Of a stretch of 64,000 nt of DNA, positions 63,280-64,000 are shown piece by piece; position 1 is the stretch's first letter; each line of letters starts with the position of its first letter. The position numbers and the translations under genes were made by a program. Source of the stretch: Octopus bimaculoides (lineage: Eukaryota); contig NC_068981.1 of the NCBI RefSeq assembly GCF_001194135.2, positions 125,540,626-125,604,625 of the forward strand, in the 5' to 3' direction. The notes below the pieces were generated by a model that searched no databases, was not told where the DNA came from, and was given only the letters and a program-made list of their open reading frames with translations.

Positions 63280-64000
63280 CATATTTTTATATTATTAATA
63301 AAATTATTAACAATATTCTTAGGAAATCAATATTCGAATTTCTGAAAGATGTATGTTTTATATGACACAATAATCATTTTGAATAGTAATTAAAATTAAA
63401 ACTATACAAAATATAAATGTATATAAAAATATATGCATAAGTGAGTGTAAATATAATTCAATTAAAATATTATGGAAGTCTAAAATGCATCTTACGATCA
63501 TTTCGCGGATATTATTGCCTTTATAATGTTATCTGATATAGACAAGCATATTGGCAATAATTCAACTCTTCAGAGATATATAAAGTTATTATATATGTGA
63601 AAACGAATGGTATACATAATAAAATATGCTATAGGATGATGTTAATTAAAATATTAAAAATTATTAAGAATATTAAAAATATATACTATCCTTTAAGAAT
63701 TTGTAAATCCAATCCATCGTATAATTTGGAAAATTCATAGTTTTCCTTTTTAGATATTTTATGATATATAGTTTTTGATGTTGGTATATTTTTCAGAATA
63801 TTTGAGAATCACAGTACATTATTAGAGTAGAGTCCATCTTGTTGTTAGATTTATTGTGTTATTTTGCAATAATTAAATATATAATATAATATTGGTAAAT
63901 CCTATGAATCACATCCAATATTTAAATGTTCCATCCACTGCATATTTTTCATTATTAAAAAATTTGGTTAGAATTGAGATAAGTATATATAGTTTTTTTT

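Noticed and set aside
2182-63365. Most ORFs in the supplied track ([12 protein letters not shown], poly-X)
   Set aside because: Translations of microsatellites, SINE bodies or N-gaps.
63290-64000. Extremely AT-rich terminal segment, possible foldback or Helitron end
   Set aside because: No convincing inverted repeat or terminal motif found by eye.

Overview
AT-rich, repeat-dense eukaryotic genomic DNA with about 12 N-gaps and many (TA)n, (CA)n, (GA)n and (GAT)n microsatellites. It is most likely a coleoid cephalopod (Octopus-like) scaffold; this is inferred from recognisable tRNA-derived SINE families and was not checked against a database. There are no long ORFs, and no rRNA, genuine tRNA or CRISPR features. 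Most annotatable sequence is mobile DNA: (a) at least six SINE families, labelled A-K here as working names; (b) TTAA-flanked piggyBac-type MITEs and 8-bp-TSD hAT MITEs; (c) a DD37D (maT) Tc1/mariner remnant, a mariner remnant and a hAT transposase fragment; (d) decayed CR1/Jockey-like and RTE LINE fragments; (e) Penelope-like (PLE) terminal fragments. The main unexplained structure is a set of minimal type-I hammerhead-ribozyme-like motifs (about 4.75, 19.5, 21.8, 52.7, 54.9 and 55.7 kb). Each has a different palindromic stem III, and two of the sites lie in long outward-facing inverted repeats. A CpG-retaining domain at about 19-24.3 kb with promoter-like motifs appears to separate two divergent genes with tiny exons and large introns. 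These are a minus-strand chain of frame-compatible micro-exons (16.2 to 6.1 kb) and plus-strand exons at 27.6 and 35.3 kb. I could not assign a product to either gene.
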